A stretch of 64,000 nt of DNA from assembly GCA_963793865.1 (NCBI GenBank), contig CAWCBP010000014.1, positions 64,001 through 128,000 of the forward strand, read 5' to 3'. Positions within the stretch are counted from its first letter, which is position 1. Each line of letters opens with the position of its first letter. Of the stretch, positions 48,998 through 60,384 are shown one piece after another. The DNA is from an uncultured delta proteobacterium (GTDB lineage Bacteria > Desulfobacterota > WTBG01). Both the position numbers and the translations under genes were made by a program. Below the pieces are notes generated by a model that did not search any database, was not told where the DNA came from, and saw only the letters and a program-made list of their open reading frames with translations.

Positions 48998-49651
48998 GTG
49001 TCTCTTGGATTAATTGGTCGAAAATTGGGTATGGGTCATGTGTACACCGCCGACGGCTCCATGGTTCCCATCACTATTGTGGAGGCCGGTCCCTGTCCGG
49101 TGGTTCAAATTAAGAGCAAGGGCAAGGAGGGGTACAATGCCCTCCAGCTCGGTTTTCTTCCCAAGAAGGGGAGCCGGGTGAACAAGCCCCTGCAGGGCCA
49201 CGTCAAGAAAAGCGGCGCGGGCACCATGTATTACCTCAGGGAGTTCCGGATTGATGATGTGGAGTCCTATCAGCTGGGCCAGTCCATCAGCGTGGAGATA
49301 TTCAGCGTTGGGCAGAAGGTCAGGGTCACCGGCGTCAGCAGAGGCATGGGGTTTGCCGGGGGCGTGAAGCGGTGGAAGTTCAGGGGGGGGCCCGGCACCC
49401 ACGGATCCACCTCGCACCGCGCGCCGGGATCGATCGGATCCAGCGCCTATCCCTCGCGCGTGTTCAAGGGGCAGCGGCTTCCCGGCCACATGGGCACCGA
49501 CACCGTGAGCGTTGACGGGCTGGAAATCATTGACCAGCAGCCGGGGCGGAACCTGCTCTTTATCAAGGGGGCTGTTCCGGGATGCACCAACAGCATGCTG
49601 ATCATCAAGCCTTCACAAAAACAACCAACTGGCAAAGCGGTGAAGCCGTGA
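48998..49651 (+). CDS. rplC: 50S ribosomal protein L3
   Basis: GRKLGM, HRAPGSIG; GTG start. Confidence 0.97.
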   Translation: MSLGLIGRKLGMGHVYTADGSMVPITIVEAGPCPVVQIKSKGKEGYNALQLGFLPKKGSRVNKPLQGHVKKSGAGTMYYLREFRIDDVESYQLGQSISVEIFSVGQKVRVTGVSRGMGFAGGVKRWKFRGGPGTHGSTSHRAPGSIGSSAYPSRVFKGQRLPGHMGTDTVSVDGLEIIDQQPGRNLLFIKGAVPGCTNSMLIIKPSQKQPTGKAVKP

Positions 49652-50274
49652 GCAACTATTCCGTTGACGTGTACAATACCAGGAAAGAGAAGGTGGCGCA
49701 GGTGGAGCTGGACGGGCGGGTGTTCGGCGCCGAGGTCAAGCCCCATCTCCTCCATGACGTAGTAAGAATGCAGCTTGCCGGGAGAAGGAGCGGCACGGCC
49801 TCGGTAAAAACCCGGGCCATGGTGAGCGGCAGCGGCAAGAAGCCCTGGCGGCAGAAAGGTACGGGCCGGGCGCGGATCGGCTCGCTGCGGTCTCCCGTCT
49901 GGCGGGGCGGCGGCGTTATTTTCGGCCCCTTTCCCAGGGACTATTCCCTGCAGGTGAACAAAAAGGTGAAGAAGGCGGCGCTGCGCTCGGCGCTCTCCAG
50001 CAAGGTGCTGGAGGAAAAGCTGATGGTCATAGACGGCTTCGACCTTCCGGAAATCAAGACCAGGGCCCTGGCGGCCATGCTGCGCCGGCTGGGGATAGAA
50101 AACGCATTTATCATTGATGAGGCCAACAGCAATCTGGAGCTCTCCGCGCGCAACCTGCCCTTTATCAAGGTGCTCAAGCCGGAAGGCCTCAACGTACATG
50201 ACATCCTCAAATACGATACGCTGGTCATCACCCAGGCCTGCCTGGAAAAAATAACGAGGGCACTGTCCGCATGA
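49648..50274 (+). CDS. rplD: 50S ribosomal protein L4
   Basis: [15 protein letters not shown] start. Confidence 0.97.
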   Translation: MSNYSVDVYNTRKEKVAQVELDGRVFGAEVKPHLLHDVVRMQLAGRRSGTASVKTRAMVSGSGKKPWRQKGTGRARIGSLRSPVWRGGGVIFGPFPRDYSLQVNKKVKKAALRSALSSKVLEEKLMVIDGFDLPEIKTRALAAMLRRLGIENAFIIDEANSNLELSARNLPFIKVLKPEGLNVHDILKYDTLVITQACLEKITRALSA

Positions 50275-50561
50275 AAGACACCTATCTCATTTTACGCAAG
50301 CCGCTCATAACCGAGAAAAGCAACCAGATGAAGGAATCGCTTAATCAGATTGCCTTTGAGGTTGATAAGCGGGCAAACAAGATAGAGATTAAAAAAGCGG
50401 TGATGAAGCACTTTAATGTCCACGTGCTCAAGGTGCGGACCTTCATGGTGTTGGGAAAGAAGAAACGGGTGGGAAAATCCCTGGGGAAAAAGTCGGACTG
50501 GAAAAAGGCAGTGGTTACCCTGAAAGAGGGTGAACGCATAGATTTCTTTGAGGGGGTATAA
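50271..50561 (+). CDS. rplW: 50S ribosomal protein L23
   Basis: [15 protein letters not shown]. Confidence 0.97.
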   Translation: MKDTYLILRKPLITEKSNQMKESLNQIAFEVDKRANKIEIKKAVMKHFNVHVLKVRTFMVLGKKKRVGKSLGKKSDWKKAVVTLKEGERIDFFEGV

Positions 50562-50612
50562 GAGGAAGGCCGGCGGCCGCGCGTTCGGCTGACGGACCTT
50601 GACGGGTGTGCT

Positions 50613-51446
50613 ATGGGCAGCAAAATTTACAAACCGACATCACCGGGCAGACGGTTTCAGGTGGGCTCAACCTTCGAGGAGCTGACCCGCTCCAAACCTG
50701 AAAAAAGCCTGCTCCGGCCGCTCTCCAAAACCGGGGGGAGAAATTCCAACGGCCGCATTACCTGCAGGCACCGGGGGGGCGGACACAAGCGGCATTTTAG
50801 GCTCATCGATTTCAGGCGGGACAAATACACCGTTCCGGCCACGGTGGCCGGCATTGAGTATGACCCCAACCGCTCCGCCCGCATCGCCCTTTTGAACTAT
50901 GCGGACGGGGAAAAGCGCTATATTCTGGCGCCGGTTGATCTCAAGGTGGGCGACACGGTCATGTCCGGCGACACGGCCGACATCAAGCCCGGCAACTCGC
51001 TTCCCCTGCGCAACATACCCCTGGGAACGCTGATCCACAACGTTGAGATCAAGCCCAAAAAAGGGGCACAGATGATACGCAGCGCGGGAACCTTCGGGCA
51101 GCTCATGGCCAAGGAAGGAAGCTACGCCCAGATCAAGTTTCCCTCCAACGAAGTGCGCATGGTGCTCATCGACTGCTACGCCACCATCGGCCAGGTGGCC
51201 AACATCGACCATGAAAACCGGTCGCTGGGAAAGGCGGGGAAAACCCGCTGGCTGGGCAGAAGGCCGCACGTGCGGGGGGTGGTGATGAACCCGGTTGACC
51301 ATCCGCTCGGAGGCGGGGAGGGGAAATCATCCGGCGGCCGGCACCCGGTGACGCCCTGGGGCGTGCCCACCCGCGGCTATAAAACCCGCGACAAGAACAA
51401 GCCCAGCAGCAAGTACATTATTAAAAAGGCCGGGAAGAAGCGGTAA
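50613..51446 (+). CDS. rplB: 50S ribosomal protein L2
   Basis: [21 protein letters not shown]. Confidence 0.99.
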   Translation: MGSKIYKPTSPGRRFQVGSTFEELTRSKPEKSLLRPLSKTGGRNSNGRITCRHRGGGHKRHFRLIDFRRDKYTVPATVAGIEYDPNRSARIALLNYADGEKRYILAPVDLKVGDTVMSGDTADIKPGNSLPLRNIPLGTLIHNVEIKPKKGAQMIRSAGTFGQLMAKEGSYAQIKFPSNEVRMVLIDCYATIGQVANIDHENRSLGKAGKTRWLGRRPHVRGVVMNPVDHPLGGGEGKSSGGRHPVTPWGVPTRGYKTRDKNKPSSKYIIKKAGKKR

Positions 51447-51483
51447 TCTTAAAGCCTAACCTGCATTTTGCGAAGGGAAAGCA

Positions 51484-51807
51484 ATGCCTCGATCCATAAA
51501 AAAAGGTCCCTACATTGAAGCCAGCCTCTGGAAAAAGGTGGCGGTCGCCAACGAGACCAGGAGCCAGAAGGTGATAAAGACCTGGTCACGCCGGTCAACC
51601 GTTTTGCCGGAAATGATCGGCATCACCTTCGCGGTGCACAATGGAAAAAAATTTATACCCGTGTTTGTAACCGAAGACATGGTCGGCCACAAGCTGGGCG
51701 AGTTTTCGCCGACCAGAACCTTTCACAGCCATTCAGGCGACAGGAAAAAGGCCAAGACGGGTGGAGCGCCTGCCGCCGCACCTGCTGAACCAAAGCAATC
51801 AGGATAA
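51484..51807 (+). CDS. rpsS: 30S ribosomal protein S19
   Basis: KTWSRRS, GHKLGEF. Confidence 0.98.
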   Translation: MPRSIKKGPYIEASLWKKVAVANETRSQKVIKTWSRRSTVLPEMIGITFAVHNGKKFIPVFVTEDMVGHKLGEFSPTRTFHSHSGDRKKAKTGGAPAAAPAEPKQSG

Positions 51808-51817
51808 GTGACCGCGT

Positions 51818-52147
51818 ATGGAAACCGTTGCCGTTGGAAAGTACATCCGGATATCCCCCCGCAAGGTGCGGCTGGTGGCGCACCTGATACAGGGCAAGCC
51901 CGTTGCGGAGGCTTTGAACATTCTGACCTTCACCCATAAGCGTGCGGCCCCGCTCATTGCCAAGGTATTGAAATCGGCGGTCGCCAACGCGGGGCAGAAG
52001 AAAGGGGTGGATGTGGACGCGCTGGTGGTCAAGCGCATTCTCATTGACCAGGGGCCGACCATGAAACGCTTTCACGCCAGGGCCATGGGGCGCGGGGCGA
52101 GAATCCTGCACAGGATGAGTCATATTACCGTCGCCGTTGAGGAATAG
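51818..52147 (+). CDS. rplV: 50S ribosomal protein L22
   Basis: ISPRKVRLV, RAMGR. Confidence 0.98.
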   Translation: METVAVGKYIRISPRKVRLVAHLIQGKPVAEALNILTFTHKRAAPLIAKVLKSAVANAGQKKGVDVDALVVKRILIDQGPTMKRFHARAMGRGARILHRMSHITVAVEE

Positions 52148-52188
52148 CAACTCAGACGCCCCGGGCAGTCGGGGCAGGGAGGTTTTGA

Positions 52189-52812
52189 GTGGGACAGAAG
52201 GTTCATCCAACCGGTTTCCGTTTGGCCCTTTCCAAGGCCTGGGTCTCCAAGTGGTACGCCGAGCATGAATTCGGGAAACTGCTGGGGGAAGACCTGCAGC
52301 TGAGAAAGTATCTCAAAAAGAAGCTCTATCCGGCGGGCATCTCCCGGATCGAGATCGAGCGGGCCACCAACAAGGTGAGGGTCAACATCTTCACCTCCCG
52401 GCCCGGGATGGTTATCGGCAGGAAGGGCGCGGAAATCGACCAGCTCAAGAAGGAATTGCAGACCCTGACCGACAAGGAGGTGCTTATCAATATCCACGAG
52501 GTGAAGCGGCCGGATATTGACGCGCAGCTGGTGGCGGAGACGGTTGCACAGCAGCTGATCAGGCGGGTTGCCTTCAGGCGGGCAATTAAAAAGAGCGTCT
52601 CCACCGCCCTCAAGCTGGGGGCGATCGGCATAAAGATATCCTGCTCCGGCAGGCTGGCCGGCGCTGAAATAGCCCGGCAGGAGTGGTACCGCGAAGGCAG
52701 GGTGCCGCTCCACACCCTTCGCGCCAACATCGATTACGGCTTTGCCGAGGCACTGACCACCTACGGGCTGATCGGCATAAAGGTCTGGATTAATAAAGAG
52801 CCCGGCTCCTAA
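52189..52812 (+). CDS. rpsC: 30S ribosomal protein S3
   Basis: [16 protein letters not shown]. Confidence 0.98.
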   Translation: MGQKVHPTGFRLALSKAWVSKWYAEHEFGKLLGEDLQLRKYLKKKLYPAGISRIEIERATNKVRVNIFTSRPGMVIGRKGAEIDQLKKELQTLTDKEVLINIHEVKRPDIDAQLVAETVAQQLIRRVAFRRAIKKSVSTALKLGAIGIKISCSGRLAGAEIARQEWYREGRVPLHTLRANIDYGFAEALTTYGLIGIKVWINKEPGS

Positions 52813-52838
52813 ACCGCCGGCAGGCTGAGGTTCTTCTC

Positions 52839-53261
52839 ATGTTAGCACCGAAAAAGATAAAGCACAGAAAGCAGCAGCGGGGAAGGATGAAGGGCGTTGC
52901 CGCCAAGGGATGTCACCTCTCCTTCGGCGATTACGGCATCCAGGCGGAGGAGTGCGGCTGGCTCACCTCCAAGCAGATCGAGGCCGCGCGCATTGTGATC
53001 ACCCGCCATATGAAGCGGGTGGGGAAAATCTGGATCAGGATCTTCCCCGACAAGCCCATAACCAGCAAACCGACGGAAACCAGAATGGGAAAGGGCAAGG
53101 GGGACCCCGCGGAGTGGGTGGCGGTGATAAAGCCCGGCAGGGTGCTCTACGAGCTCGAAGGGATTCCTGAAGAGGTGGCCCGGGAGGCCTTCAGGCTGGC
53201 ATCCCACAAGCTTCCCATCCACACGCGATTCCTCGCCAGGAGCCACGCCTATGAAGGTTAG
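52839..53261 (+). CDS. rplP: 50S ribosomal protein L16
   Basis: RIFPDKP, RMGKGKG. Confidence 0.98.
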   Translation: MLAPKKIKHRKQQRGRMKGVAAKGCHLSFGDYGIQAEECGWLTSKQIEAARIVITRHMKRVGKIWIRIFPDKPITSKPTETRMGKGKGDPAEWVAVIKPGRVLYELEGIPEEVAREAFRLASHKLPIHTRFLARSHAYEG

Positions 53262-53439
53262 CGAGATACGGGAACTCACCCTTGATGAGCTCAGGCAGCG
53301 GGAGCGCGACAGCACCGAGGAGTTGTTCAATCTCAAGTTTCAGCTGGCCACCGGCCAGCTGGAGAACAAGATGCGCATCCGCCACATGAAGAAGGAACTG
53401 GCGCGGATCAAGACCATTATGCGGGAAAAACAGAAGTAG
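53251..53439 (+). CDS. rpmC: 50S ribosomal protein L29
   Basis: [13 protein letters not shown]. Confidence 0.96.
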   Translation: MKVSEIRELTLDELRQRERDSTEELFNLKFQLATGQLENKMRIRHMKKELARIKTIMREKQK

Positions 53440-53485
53440 CCGCTGCAGGCACGCCCTGCGCGCTGCGCACCACAGGAAGCGGGAG

Positions 53486-53743
53486 ATGGCTGAGAAACGA
53501 ATGAAAAGGTCCATCGTCGGCACGGTGACAAGCGACAAGATGGACAAGACGGTAGTGGTAGAAAGCATTCGGCTGGTGGAAGTCCCCCTGTATCAGAAGA
53601 AGATCAGGAAGCGGGAAACCCATATGGCCCATGACGGAAAAAACGAGTGCAAGGTGGGCGACAAGGTCCTGATTGAGGAGTCCCGTCCGCTCAGCAGACT
53701 GAAGCGATGGAAGGTGAAAGAGATACTGCAGGAAAAAACATAA
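53486..53743 (+). CDS. rpsQ: 30S ribosomal protein S17
   Basis: SDKMDKT, ESRPLS. Confidence 0.97.
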   Translation: MAEKRMKRSIVGTVTSDKMDKTVVVESIRLVEVPLYQKKIRKRETHMAHDGKNECKVGDKVLIEESRPLSRLKRWKVKEILQEKT

Positions 53744-53762
53744 CCCCTTTTTGGCCCCTACT

Positions 53763-54131
53763 ATGATCCAGGAACAGACAGTATTAGAAGCGGCTGACAA
53801 TTCCGGTGCCAGAAAGCTCTTCTGCATTAAAGTCTTGGGCGGAACGGGCAGACGGTACGCCACGGTGGGCGACATCATCGTGGTATCCATACGCGAGGCC
53901 CTCCCCAATGCCAAGGTGAAAAAGGGCGAGGTGATGAAGGCGGTGGTGGTGAGGACAACCAAAGAGGTCAGGCGGCCTGACGGAAGCTATATCCGCTTCG
54001 GGAACAACTCAGCGGTCCTGATCAACCCCCAGAATGAACCCATCGGCACGAGGATTTTCGGCCCGGTGGCGCGGGAGCTGCGGGCGAAAAAATTCATGAA
54101 GATCATTTCTCTCGCTCCCGAAGTGCTCTAG
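53763..54131 (+). CDS. rplN: 50S ribosomal protein L14
   Basis: [14 protein letters not shown]. Confidence 0.98.
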   Translation: MIQEQTVLEAADNSGARKLFCIKVLGGTGRRYATVGDIIVVSIREALPNAKVKKGEVMKAVVVRTTKEVRRPDGSYIRFGNNSAVLINPQNEPIGTRIFGPVARELRAKKFMKIISLAPEVL

Positions 54132-54156
54132 CGCTTTTTCCGTAAAGGACTGAAGC

Positions 54157-54483
54157 ATGTCAACGCACACGCGCATCAAAAAAGAAGATCAGGTAAAGGT
54201 TGTTGCCGGCAAGGAGAAGGGCAAGACGGGCAGGGTGCTCAGGGTCATCGCCAAGAAAAACAGCCTGCTGGTTGAAAAGGTAAATCTGGTAAAGCGGCAC
54301 ACCCGCCCGAGCAGCCAGCACCGCCAGGGAGGGATCATCGAGAAGGAGTCCCCCATCCACATTTCAAACGTGATGATCATCTGCACCAAATGCAACACCG
54401 CGGTGAAAGTGGGCAGCAAGACCCTGGAGGACGGGGCGAAGGTCCGCTGCTGCAAAAAGTGCGGAGAGGTCATCGATCTTTAA
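54157..54483 (+). CDS. rplX: 50S ribosomal protein L24
   Basis: KOW motif, ESPIHISNV. Confidence 0.97.
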   Translation: MSTHTRIKKEDQVKVVAGKEKGKTGRVLRVIAKKNSLLVEKVNLVKRHTRPSSQHRQGGIIEKESPIHISNVMIICTKCNTAVKVGSKTLEDGAKVRCCKKCGEVIDL

Positions 54484-54507
54484 TCATCGGGAGCGGTTGT
54501 AAGGAAC

Positions 54508-55053
54508 ATGGCTATGTCAAGGCTAAAAGAACGGTACAACAGTGAAATCACGGCCAAACTGATGAAGGAGTTCGGCTACACCAATCCCATGCAGGTTCCA
54601 CGGCTGGAGAAGCTGCTTATTAACATGGGGCTGGGAGAGGCCATTCAGAACATCAAGGTGCTGGACTCGGCCATGGAGGAGATCAAGGCCATTACCGGTC
54701 AGAAACCGGTGGCCACCAAGGCCAGGCGCTCCATCGCCAATTTCAAGCTCCGCAAGGGCATGTCCATCGGCTGCATGGTCACCCTGCGCAAGGAGCGGAT
54801 GTACGAATTTTTTGACCGGCTGGTGAACATCTCCCTTCCCCGGGTGCGGGATTTCAAGGGCGTTTCCGGCAAGTCGTTCGACGGAAGGGGAAACTACTCG
54901 CTGGGCATCAGGGAGCAGATCATCTTTCCTGAAATCGACTATGACAAGATCGACAAGATCAAGGGCCTCAACATAATCATCGTAACCACCGCCAAGACCG
55001 ATGAGGAGGGAAAGGCCCTGCTCAGACTGCTGGGTATGCCTTTCAAGGACTAG
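54508..55053 (+). CDS. rplE: 50S ribosomal protein L5
   Basis: ITGQKP, LPRVRDF, FPEI. Confidence 0.98.
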   Translation: MAMSRLKERYNSEITAKLMKEFGYTNPMQVPRLEKLLINMGLGEAIQNIKVLDSAMEEIKAITGQKPVATKARRSIANFKLRKGMSIGCMVTLRKERMYEFFDRLVNISLPRVRDFKGVSGKSFDGRGNYSLGIREQIIFPEIDYDKIDKIKGLNIIIVTTAKTDEEGKALLRLLGMPFKD

Positions 55054-55247
55054 CAGGCTGTTGAAAAACACCCATCTGCTGCGTTACGCTCATCCTTGGT
55101 CATTGCCTGGCTGAGCTCCTGGCCGAGCTGGCAGGGCAAGGCGGCCAAGCCGGCGTACCGCAACGTACGTCTCATTCTTCAGGATTTCGCGTGCCGTGCA
55201 TCTGGATGTTTTTGAACAGCCTGGGAAAAACTTTTTTCAACAACCTG
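55054..55247. mobile_element. MITE-like element with 17-bp terminal inverted repeats, inside the spc operon
   Basis: caggctgttgaaaaaca (55054-55070) ... tgtttttgaacagcctg (55207-55223), plus a second degenerate end at 55232-55247. Confidence 0.8.
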
Positions 55248-55297
55248 ATAAAGAACCTAACAGTGGTGTATAGTGCAATGGAGAGTGAGGTACGCGC

Positions 55298-55483
55298 GTG
55301 GCAAAAAAATCGCTGATCTTGAAAACGAAAGGGCCCAAAAAGTTCGCGGTACGGGACTATAACCGGTGTCCTCTCTGCGGAAGGCCCCGGGCCTACTACC
55401 GCAAATTTGACATGTGCAGAATATGTTTCAGAAAACTCGCCCTGCAGGGTGAGATACCCGGCGTGATTAAATCAAGTTGGTAA
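55298..55483 (+). CDS. rpsN: 30S ribosomal protein S14 type Z (Zn-binding)
   Basis: RCPLCGR..CRIC, 61 aa. Confidence 0.97.
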   Translation: MAKKSLILKTKGPKKFAVRDYNRCPLCGRPRAYYRKFDMCRICFRKLALQGEIPGVIKSSW

Positions 55484-55509
55484 AAGAGTACCTGTAAGGA
55501 GTTGGAACT

Positions 55510-55908
55510 ATGCTGACTGATCCCCTGGCGGACATGTTGACGAGAATCAGGAACGCGCACAAGGCCAAATTTGATACGGTTGAGATGCCCACCTCCCGCC
55601 TCAAGGCCAGCGTGGCAAAGCTGCTGAAGCAGGAGGGATATATCAAGGATTTTAAAGTGGTGACCAATGAGGCCAACAGGAAAATCCTGCGGATCTCCCT
55701 TCGCTACGATGAGCGCAGCCGTCCTGTCATCGAAGGCCTCAAAAGAGTGAGCAAGCCCAGCCTCAGGATCTATGCGGGAAAAGAGCGCATTCCTTCCGTG
55801 ATGAGCGGACTGGGGCTGGTGATCCTCTCCACCTCAAAAGGGGTGGTGACCGAGCGGGAAGCCCGGGACCTCAACGTGGGGGGGGAAATTCTTTGTTACG
55901 TCTGGTGA
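55510..55908 (+). CDS. rpsH: 30S ribosomal protein S8
   Basis: DPLADMLTRIRN, STSKG. Confidence 0.98.
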   Translation: MLTDPLADMLTRIRNAHKAKFDTVEMPTSRLKASVAKLLKQEGYIKDFKVVTNEANRKILRISLRYDERSRPVIEGLKRVSKPSLRIYAGKERIPSVMSGLGLVILSTSKGVVTEREARDLNVGGEILCYVW

Positions 55909-55954
55909 TCAGCAGGCGGTAAGCAGCTTTGTTCTTTTTTGCAAGGAGAAACGT

Positions 55955-56494
55955 ATGTCCCGGATCGGGCGTCTTCCCGTACCCATACCCAGCGGGGTGA
56001 AAATTGAGATAGCCGGCTCAGCGGTGAAAGTAACCGGCCCCAAAGGCTCCCTTTCCCACACCATCGCCCCGGGAATCGGCGTGTCCGCAACCAAGGATAA
56101 GATCGTTCTGTCCATAGAGACCCAGGGCAGAAACGCCAGCGCGCTGGAGGGGCTGACCAGAAGCCTGATCAACAACATGGTCACCGGCGTGAGCAAGGGG
56201 TTTGAGGTGGCACTGGAGCTGGCGGGAGTCGGATATCGCGCGGAGATGAAGGGCTCCTCGCTGCAGCTCGTCCTGGGATATTCCCACCCGGTGGTCTTTG
56301 AAGTGCCCGCGGGCATCAAGGCAACCGTTGAAAAGCAAACCCGGATCGTGCTGGAAGGGATCGACCGGCAGCTGGTGGGGGAAACCGCGGCAATCATCCG
56401 GAAATTTAAGCCCCCCGACCCGTACAAGGCCAAGGGCATCAAGTATGCCGATGAAGTGATCAAGAAGAAGATAGGCAAGAAGGGAATCAAGTAA
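55955..56494 (+). CDS. rplF: 50S ribosomal protein L6
   Basis: [13 protein letters not shown]. Confidence 0.98.
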   Translation: MSRIGRLPVPIPSGVKIEIAGSAVKVTGPKGSLSHTIAPGIGVSATKDKIVLSIETQGRNASALEGLTRSLINNMVTGVSKGFEVALELAGVGYRAEMKGSSLQLVLGYSHPVVFEVPAGIKATVEKQTRIVLEGIDRQLVGETAAIIRKFKPPDPYKAKGIKYADEVIKKKIGKKGIK

Positions 56495-56523
56495 TTGTAC
56501 AAACTGTTATTGTGGAGAACCCC

Positions 56524-56892
56524 ATGTCGTCCCTGGCGGAAAAAAAGATTGCCTGGCAAAGACGCAAGAACCGTGTCCGGAAAAAAGTGAACGGCAATCC
56601 GGCATGTCCCCGGCTCAATGTTTTTCGAAGCAACAAGCACATGTATGCCCAGATCATAGATGACGTGTCCGGCCGGACGCGGGTGGCCGCATCCACCCGG
56701 AGCCCCGAGCTGAAGGGAAAGCTCAAGGGTACCGGCAACCGGGAAGCGGCAAAGCAGGTGGGGCTGCTGGTGGCCCGGCAATGCCTGGCGCAGCAGATCA
56801 CCAGGGTGGTCTTTGACCGCAACGGATTTTTATATCACGGCAGGGTTAAGGCCCTGGCGGATTCGGCGCGCGAGGGAGGACTCAAGTTCTGA
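56524..56892 (+). CDS. rplR: 50S ribosomal protein L18
   Basis: [20 protein letters not shown]. Confidence 0.98.
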   Translation: MSSLAEKKIAWQRRKNRVRKKVNGNPACPRLNVFRSNKHMYAQIIDDVSGRTRVAASTRSPELKGKLKGTGNREAAKQVGLLVARQCLAQQITRVVFDRNGFLYHGRVKALADSAREGGLKF

Positions 56893-57068
56893 GAAATATG
56901 AGATGTGGGATGGGATCTGCGATGTGGAATAAATTCAGAATTCAGGAGCCAGAAGTCAGAATCAAACCGGTAGGAGCGGCTTTAGCCGCGAATGTTGCGA
57001 TGTGTGATGTGGGATATGCGATTTGAGAAGTTTTTTATCGCACATCACAGATCTCAGATCACACATCC
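56893..57068. repeat. Composite of heptamer tandem/inverted repeats with an embedded GTAG REP (56970-56992)
   Basis: gatgtgg/gatctgc/gatatgc units, attcag(a/g) units, inverted cacatc/cagatc units, gtaggagcggctttagccgcgaa. Confidence 0.75.
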
Positions 57069-57111
57069 AGAGGGTAACCTATAAACAGCTTCAAAAACCG
57101 GAGGTGAGTGC

Positions 57112-57603
57112 TTGGCAGAGGTAAATGTGAATGAACTGAATTTAGAGGATCGGGTGGTCAATATCAACCGGGTGGCGAAGGTGGTCAAGGGCGGCCGGCG
57201 GTTCAGCTTCAGCGCCGTGGTGGTGGCGGGAGACCGCAACGGCTGGGTGGGCTATGGCCTGGGAAAGGCCAACGAGGTCCCTGAAGCCATACGCAAGGGC
57301 GTGGAGCAGGCCAAGAAAAACCTCATTCACGTGTCCGTGGTCAACGGAACCATTCCCCACGAGATCACCGGCCGCTATGGCGCCAGCACCATATTTTTAA
57401 AGCCTGCCGCTGAAGGAACCGGTGTTATCGCCGGCGGAGCCATCAAGATAGTGATCGAATCGGCGGGGATTAAAAACATCCTGACCAAGTGTCTGGGATC
57501 ACACAACCCGCATAATGCCGTCAAGGCAGCCTTCGATGCCTTGCAGCAGCTTAAGAACCCTGACGAATTCAGGAAGAAACACCCCACCGCCAACGAGCAG
57601 TGA
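57112..57603 (+). CDS. rpsE: 30S ribosomal protein S5
   Basis: [17 protein letters not shown]. Confidence 0.98.
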   Translation: MAEVNVNELNLEDRVVNINRVAKVVKGGRRFSFSAVVVAGDRNGWVGYGLGKANEVPEAIRKGVEQAKKNLIHVSVVNGTIPHEITGRYGASTIFLKPAAEGTGVIAGGAIKIVIESAGIKNILTKCLGSHNPHNAVKAAFDALQQLKNPDEFRKKHPTANEQ

Positions 57604-57632
57604 GCAGGGCGCTATTTACAGGGAAACGACAG

Positions 57633-57827
57633 ATGAATGATGCGATCAAAACAGTGGCAATAACCCTGATCAAAAGCGGCATCGGGCGACCCCCGAATCA
57701 TCGGGAAACCCTGAAGCGCCTGGGCCTGACCAGGCTTCATAAGACGGTTCTGCTGAAGGGGACGCCCCAGGTGAGGGGGATGGTCAATCAGGTGTCCCAC
57801 CTGGTGAGCGTGGTTGAGCAGGATTGA
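57633..57827 (+). CDS. rpmD: 50S ribosomal protein L30
   Basis: ITLIKSGIG, RGMVNQVSHLV. Confidence 0.95.
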   Translation: MNDAIKTVAITLIKSGIGRPPNHRETLKRLGLTRLHKTVLLKGTPQVRGMVNQVSHLVSVVEQD

Positions 57828-57874
57828 TCTGACACCATAACGACGGAACTCCATAAGGATCTGCAGCTACGGCC

Positions 57875-58324
57875 ATGAAGATTAATGAATTAAGGCCTCC
57901 CAAGGGGGCTACCAAAAACAGGAAGCGCGTGGGAAGGGGCTCGGGCTCGGGGCACGGCAAGACATCATGCCGGGGCAGCAAGGGGGCCAACGCCAGGGCC
58001 GGCGGAAGCGGGTTGCCGCCCGGCTTTGAGGGCGGCCAGATGCCCCTGGCGCGGAGGCTGCCCAAGCGGGGCTTCACCAACATCTTCAAGCAGCGCTACG
58101 CGGTTGTGAACATACGTGACCTGCAGCGCTTTGAAAAGGGCAGCGTGGTGGACATCAAGGCCCTTCTGGAATCGGGCCTGGTGAAGCAGCTTCAGGCAGG
58201 CGTCAAGCTGCTGGGAGAAGGCGAAATACAGCACCCCCTTACCGTTCAGGTGCACGCGTGCAGCAAAAGCGCGCAGCAGAAGATTGAGGCGGCCGGGGGG
58301 AAAGTGGAGACGGTGCGCATATGA
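57875..58324 (+). CDS. rplO: 50S ribosomal protein L15
   Basis: GRGSGSGHGKT, FEGGQMPL. Confidence 0.98.
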   Translation: MKINELRPPKGATKNRKRVGRGSGSGHGKTSCRGSKGANARAGGSGLPPGFEGGQMPLARRLPKRGFTNIFKQRYAVVNIRDLQRFEKGSVVDIKALLESGLVKQLQAGVKLLGEGEIQHPLTVQVHACSKSAQQKIEAAGGKVETVRI

Positions 58325-59646
58325 TCGGCGGCTTCCAGAGCATTCCTAAAATTCCCGAGTTGAGAAAGCGGGTCATTGTCTCCTTCCTGTTGCTGGCGGT
58401 GTACCGCATCGGCGTTCACGTGCCCACCCCGGGCATTGACACCCAGGCGCTGGCCGCTTTTTTTGAGCAGCAGAAAGGGACGCTCTTCGGCCTGGTGGAT
58501 CTGTTTTCGGGAGGCGCCCTCGGGCAAATGTCGGTCTTTTCCCTGGGCATCATGCCCTACATCAGCGCCTCGATTATTTTTCAGCTGCTGACGGTGGTCA
58601 TTCCCTACCTGGAAAAGCTGTCCAAGGAGGGCGAGGCGGGCAGGAAAAAAATCACCCAGTACACCCGCTACGGCACGGTTATCCTGAGCATCATCCAGGG
58701 GTTCGGCATAGCCATATCGCTGGAGCGGATGACCGGCCCGGGCGGAGAAGGGATGGTGCTCAACCCCGGTTTTTCCTTCAGGTTCATGACCATTCTGACG
58801 CTCACCGCGGGGACCGCATTCATCATGTGGCTCGGCGAGCAGATCACCGAGCGCGGACTGGGCAACGGAATTTCGCTGATCATTTTTGCCGGCATTGTGG
58901 CGGGAATCCCCAAGGCCTTCGGCAACACCCTGCGTCTCTATAGCACCGGTGAAATGAGCCCGCTGTTCATTATCTTTGTCTTTGTCATGATGATCGTGGT
59001 GGTGGCGGTGATCGTTTTCACCGAGCAGGGACAGCGGCGCATTCCGGTGCAGTATGCCAAGCGGGTGGTGGGCCGGAAAATGTACGGGGGGCAGAGCACG
59101 CACCTCCCGCTCAAGATCAACATGTCCGGGGTCATACCCCCCATTTTCGCCTCATCAATCCTGATGTTTCCGCTGACCATCGCCCAGTTCCTGCCGCCGC
59201 AGATGCTGGAATCAAACGCCTGGCTGAGGTCCATCCTGAACAGCATGGGTCCGGCAACGATTCTGTACAACCTACTTTACACCGTCTTTATCATCTTTTT
59301 CTGCTATTTTTACACCGCGGTCATCTTCAACCCGGTTGACGTTGCGGACAACATGAAGAAGTACGGCGGCTACATCCCCGGGATCAGGCCGGGCAAGAAA
59401 ACCTCCGATTACATTGACCGGGTGCTGACCAGGATTACCCTGGGGGGCGCCATCTACATAGCCGCGGTGTGCGTGTTGCCTTCACTCCTTATATACAAGT
59501 TCAACATACCCTTTTACTTCGGGGGCACGGCCCTGCTCATCGTGGTGGGCGTGGCCATGGACACCATATCCCAGATGGAATCGCACATGCTGTCCCGCCA
59601 CTATGAAGGGTTTATGAAAAAAGGGCAGCTCAAGGGACGCCGGTAA
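58321..59646 (+). CDS. secY: Preprotein translocase subunit SecY
   Basis: [19 protein letters not shown]. Confidence 0.99.
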   Translation: MIGGFQSIPKIPELRKRVIVSFLLLAVYRIGVHVPTPGIDTQALAAFFEQQKGTLFGLVDLFSGGALGQMSVFSLGIMPYISASIIFQLLTVVIPYLEKLSKEGEAGRKKITQYTRYGTVILSIIQGFGIAISLERMTGPGGEGMVLNPGFSFRFMTILTLTAGTAFIMWLGEQITERGLGNGISLIIFAGIVAGIPKAFGNTLRLYSTGEMSPLFIIFVFVMMIVVVAVIVFTEQGQRRIPVQYAKRVVGRKMYGGQSTHLPLKINMSGVIPPIFASSILMFPLTIAQFLPPQMLESNAWLRSILNSMGPATILYNLLYTVFIIFFCYFYTAVIFNPVDVADNMKKYGGYIPGIRPGKKTSDYIDRVLTRITLGGAIYIAAVCVLPSLLIYKFNIPFYFGGTALLIVVGVAMDTISQMESHMLSRHYEGFMKKGQLKGRR

Positions 59647-59695
59647 AAGCGCGCCGGACCGCGGAGGAAAGGCGCTCAGGAACAAGGAGATTGAC

Positions 59696-60340
59696 ATGAG
59701 AATGATTCTGCTGGGCCCGCCCGGGTGCGGTAAGGGAACCCAGGCCAAGATGCTTATTGAAACCTACGGCATTCCCCAGGTATCCACCGGCGATATTTTG
59801 CGGGAGGAGCTCTCCCAGAAAACGCCTCTGGGCCTGGAGGCCAAGACTTACATGGACAAGGGGGCGCTGGTTCCCGACGGGCTGGTGATCAGGATCATCG
59901 AGGGACGTCTTAAAAAGGCGGACTGCAAGGGCGGCTTCATCCTGGACGGATTTCCCCGGACGCTCGCCCAGGCGGAGGCGCTGGAAAAAACCCTGGCGGG
60001 AATGAATCTGCAGATCGAGCACGTGCTCTCCATTGAGGTCGACGACGCGGAGCTTATCCGCCGACTTACCGGCCGGAGGATCTGCCGGCAGTGCGGCGGG
60101 AGCTATCACCTGATGTTTAATCCGCCGCGCCAAGACGGGCGTTGTGACTCATGCGGCGGCGAGCTCTATCAGCGGGATGATGACAAGGAAGAGACCATCA
60201 GGAAGCGGCTCATCGTGTACGGGTCGCAAACCGAGCCCCTGATCAGCTTTTATCAGAAAAAGGGGATTCTGCATGCCATCCCCGGCGTGGGAAGCATTGA
60301 CGACATTAAGGGAAAGATCCTGCGCGCGCTGAGCTCCTAG
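59696..60340 (+). CDS. adk: Adenylate kinase with Zn-binding LID
   Basis: GPPGCGKGT, LDGFPR, CRQC/CDSC. Confidence 0.98.
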   Translation: MRMILLGPPGCGKGTQAKMLIETYGIPQVSTGDILREELSQKTPLGLEAKTYMDKGALVPDGLVIRIIEGRLKKADCKGGFILDGFPRTLAQAEALEKTLAGMNLQIEHVLSIEVDDAELIRRLTGRRICRQCGGSYHLMFNPPRQDGRCDSCGGELYQRDDDKEETIRKRLIVYGSQTEPLISFYQKKGILHAIPGVGSIDDIKGKILRALSS

Positions 60341-60384
60341 ACGGCGGGCGTCCTCCGTTCACGGCATGCGTGCCGCGGTAAGCC

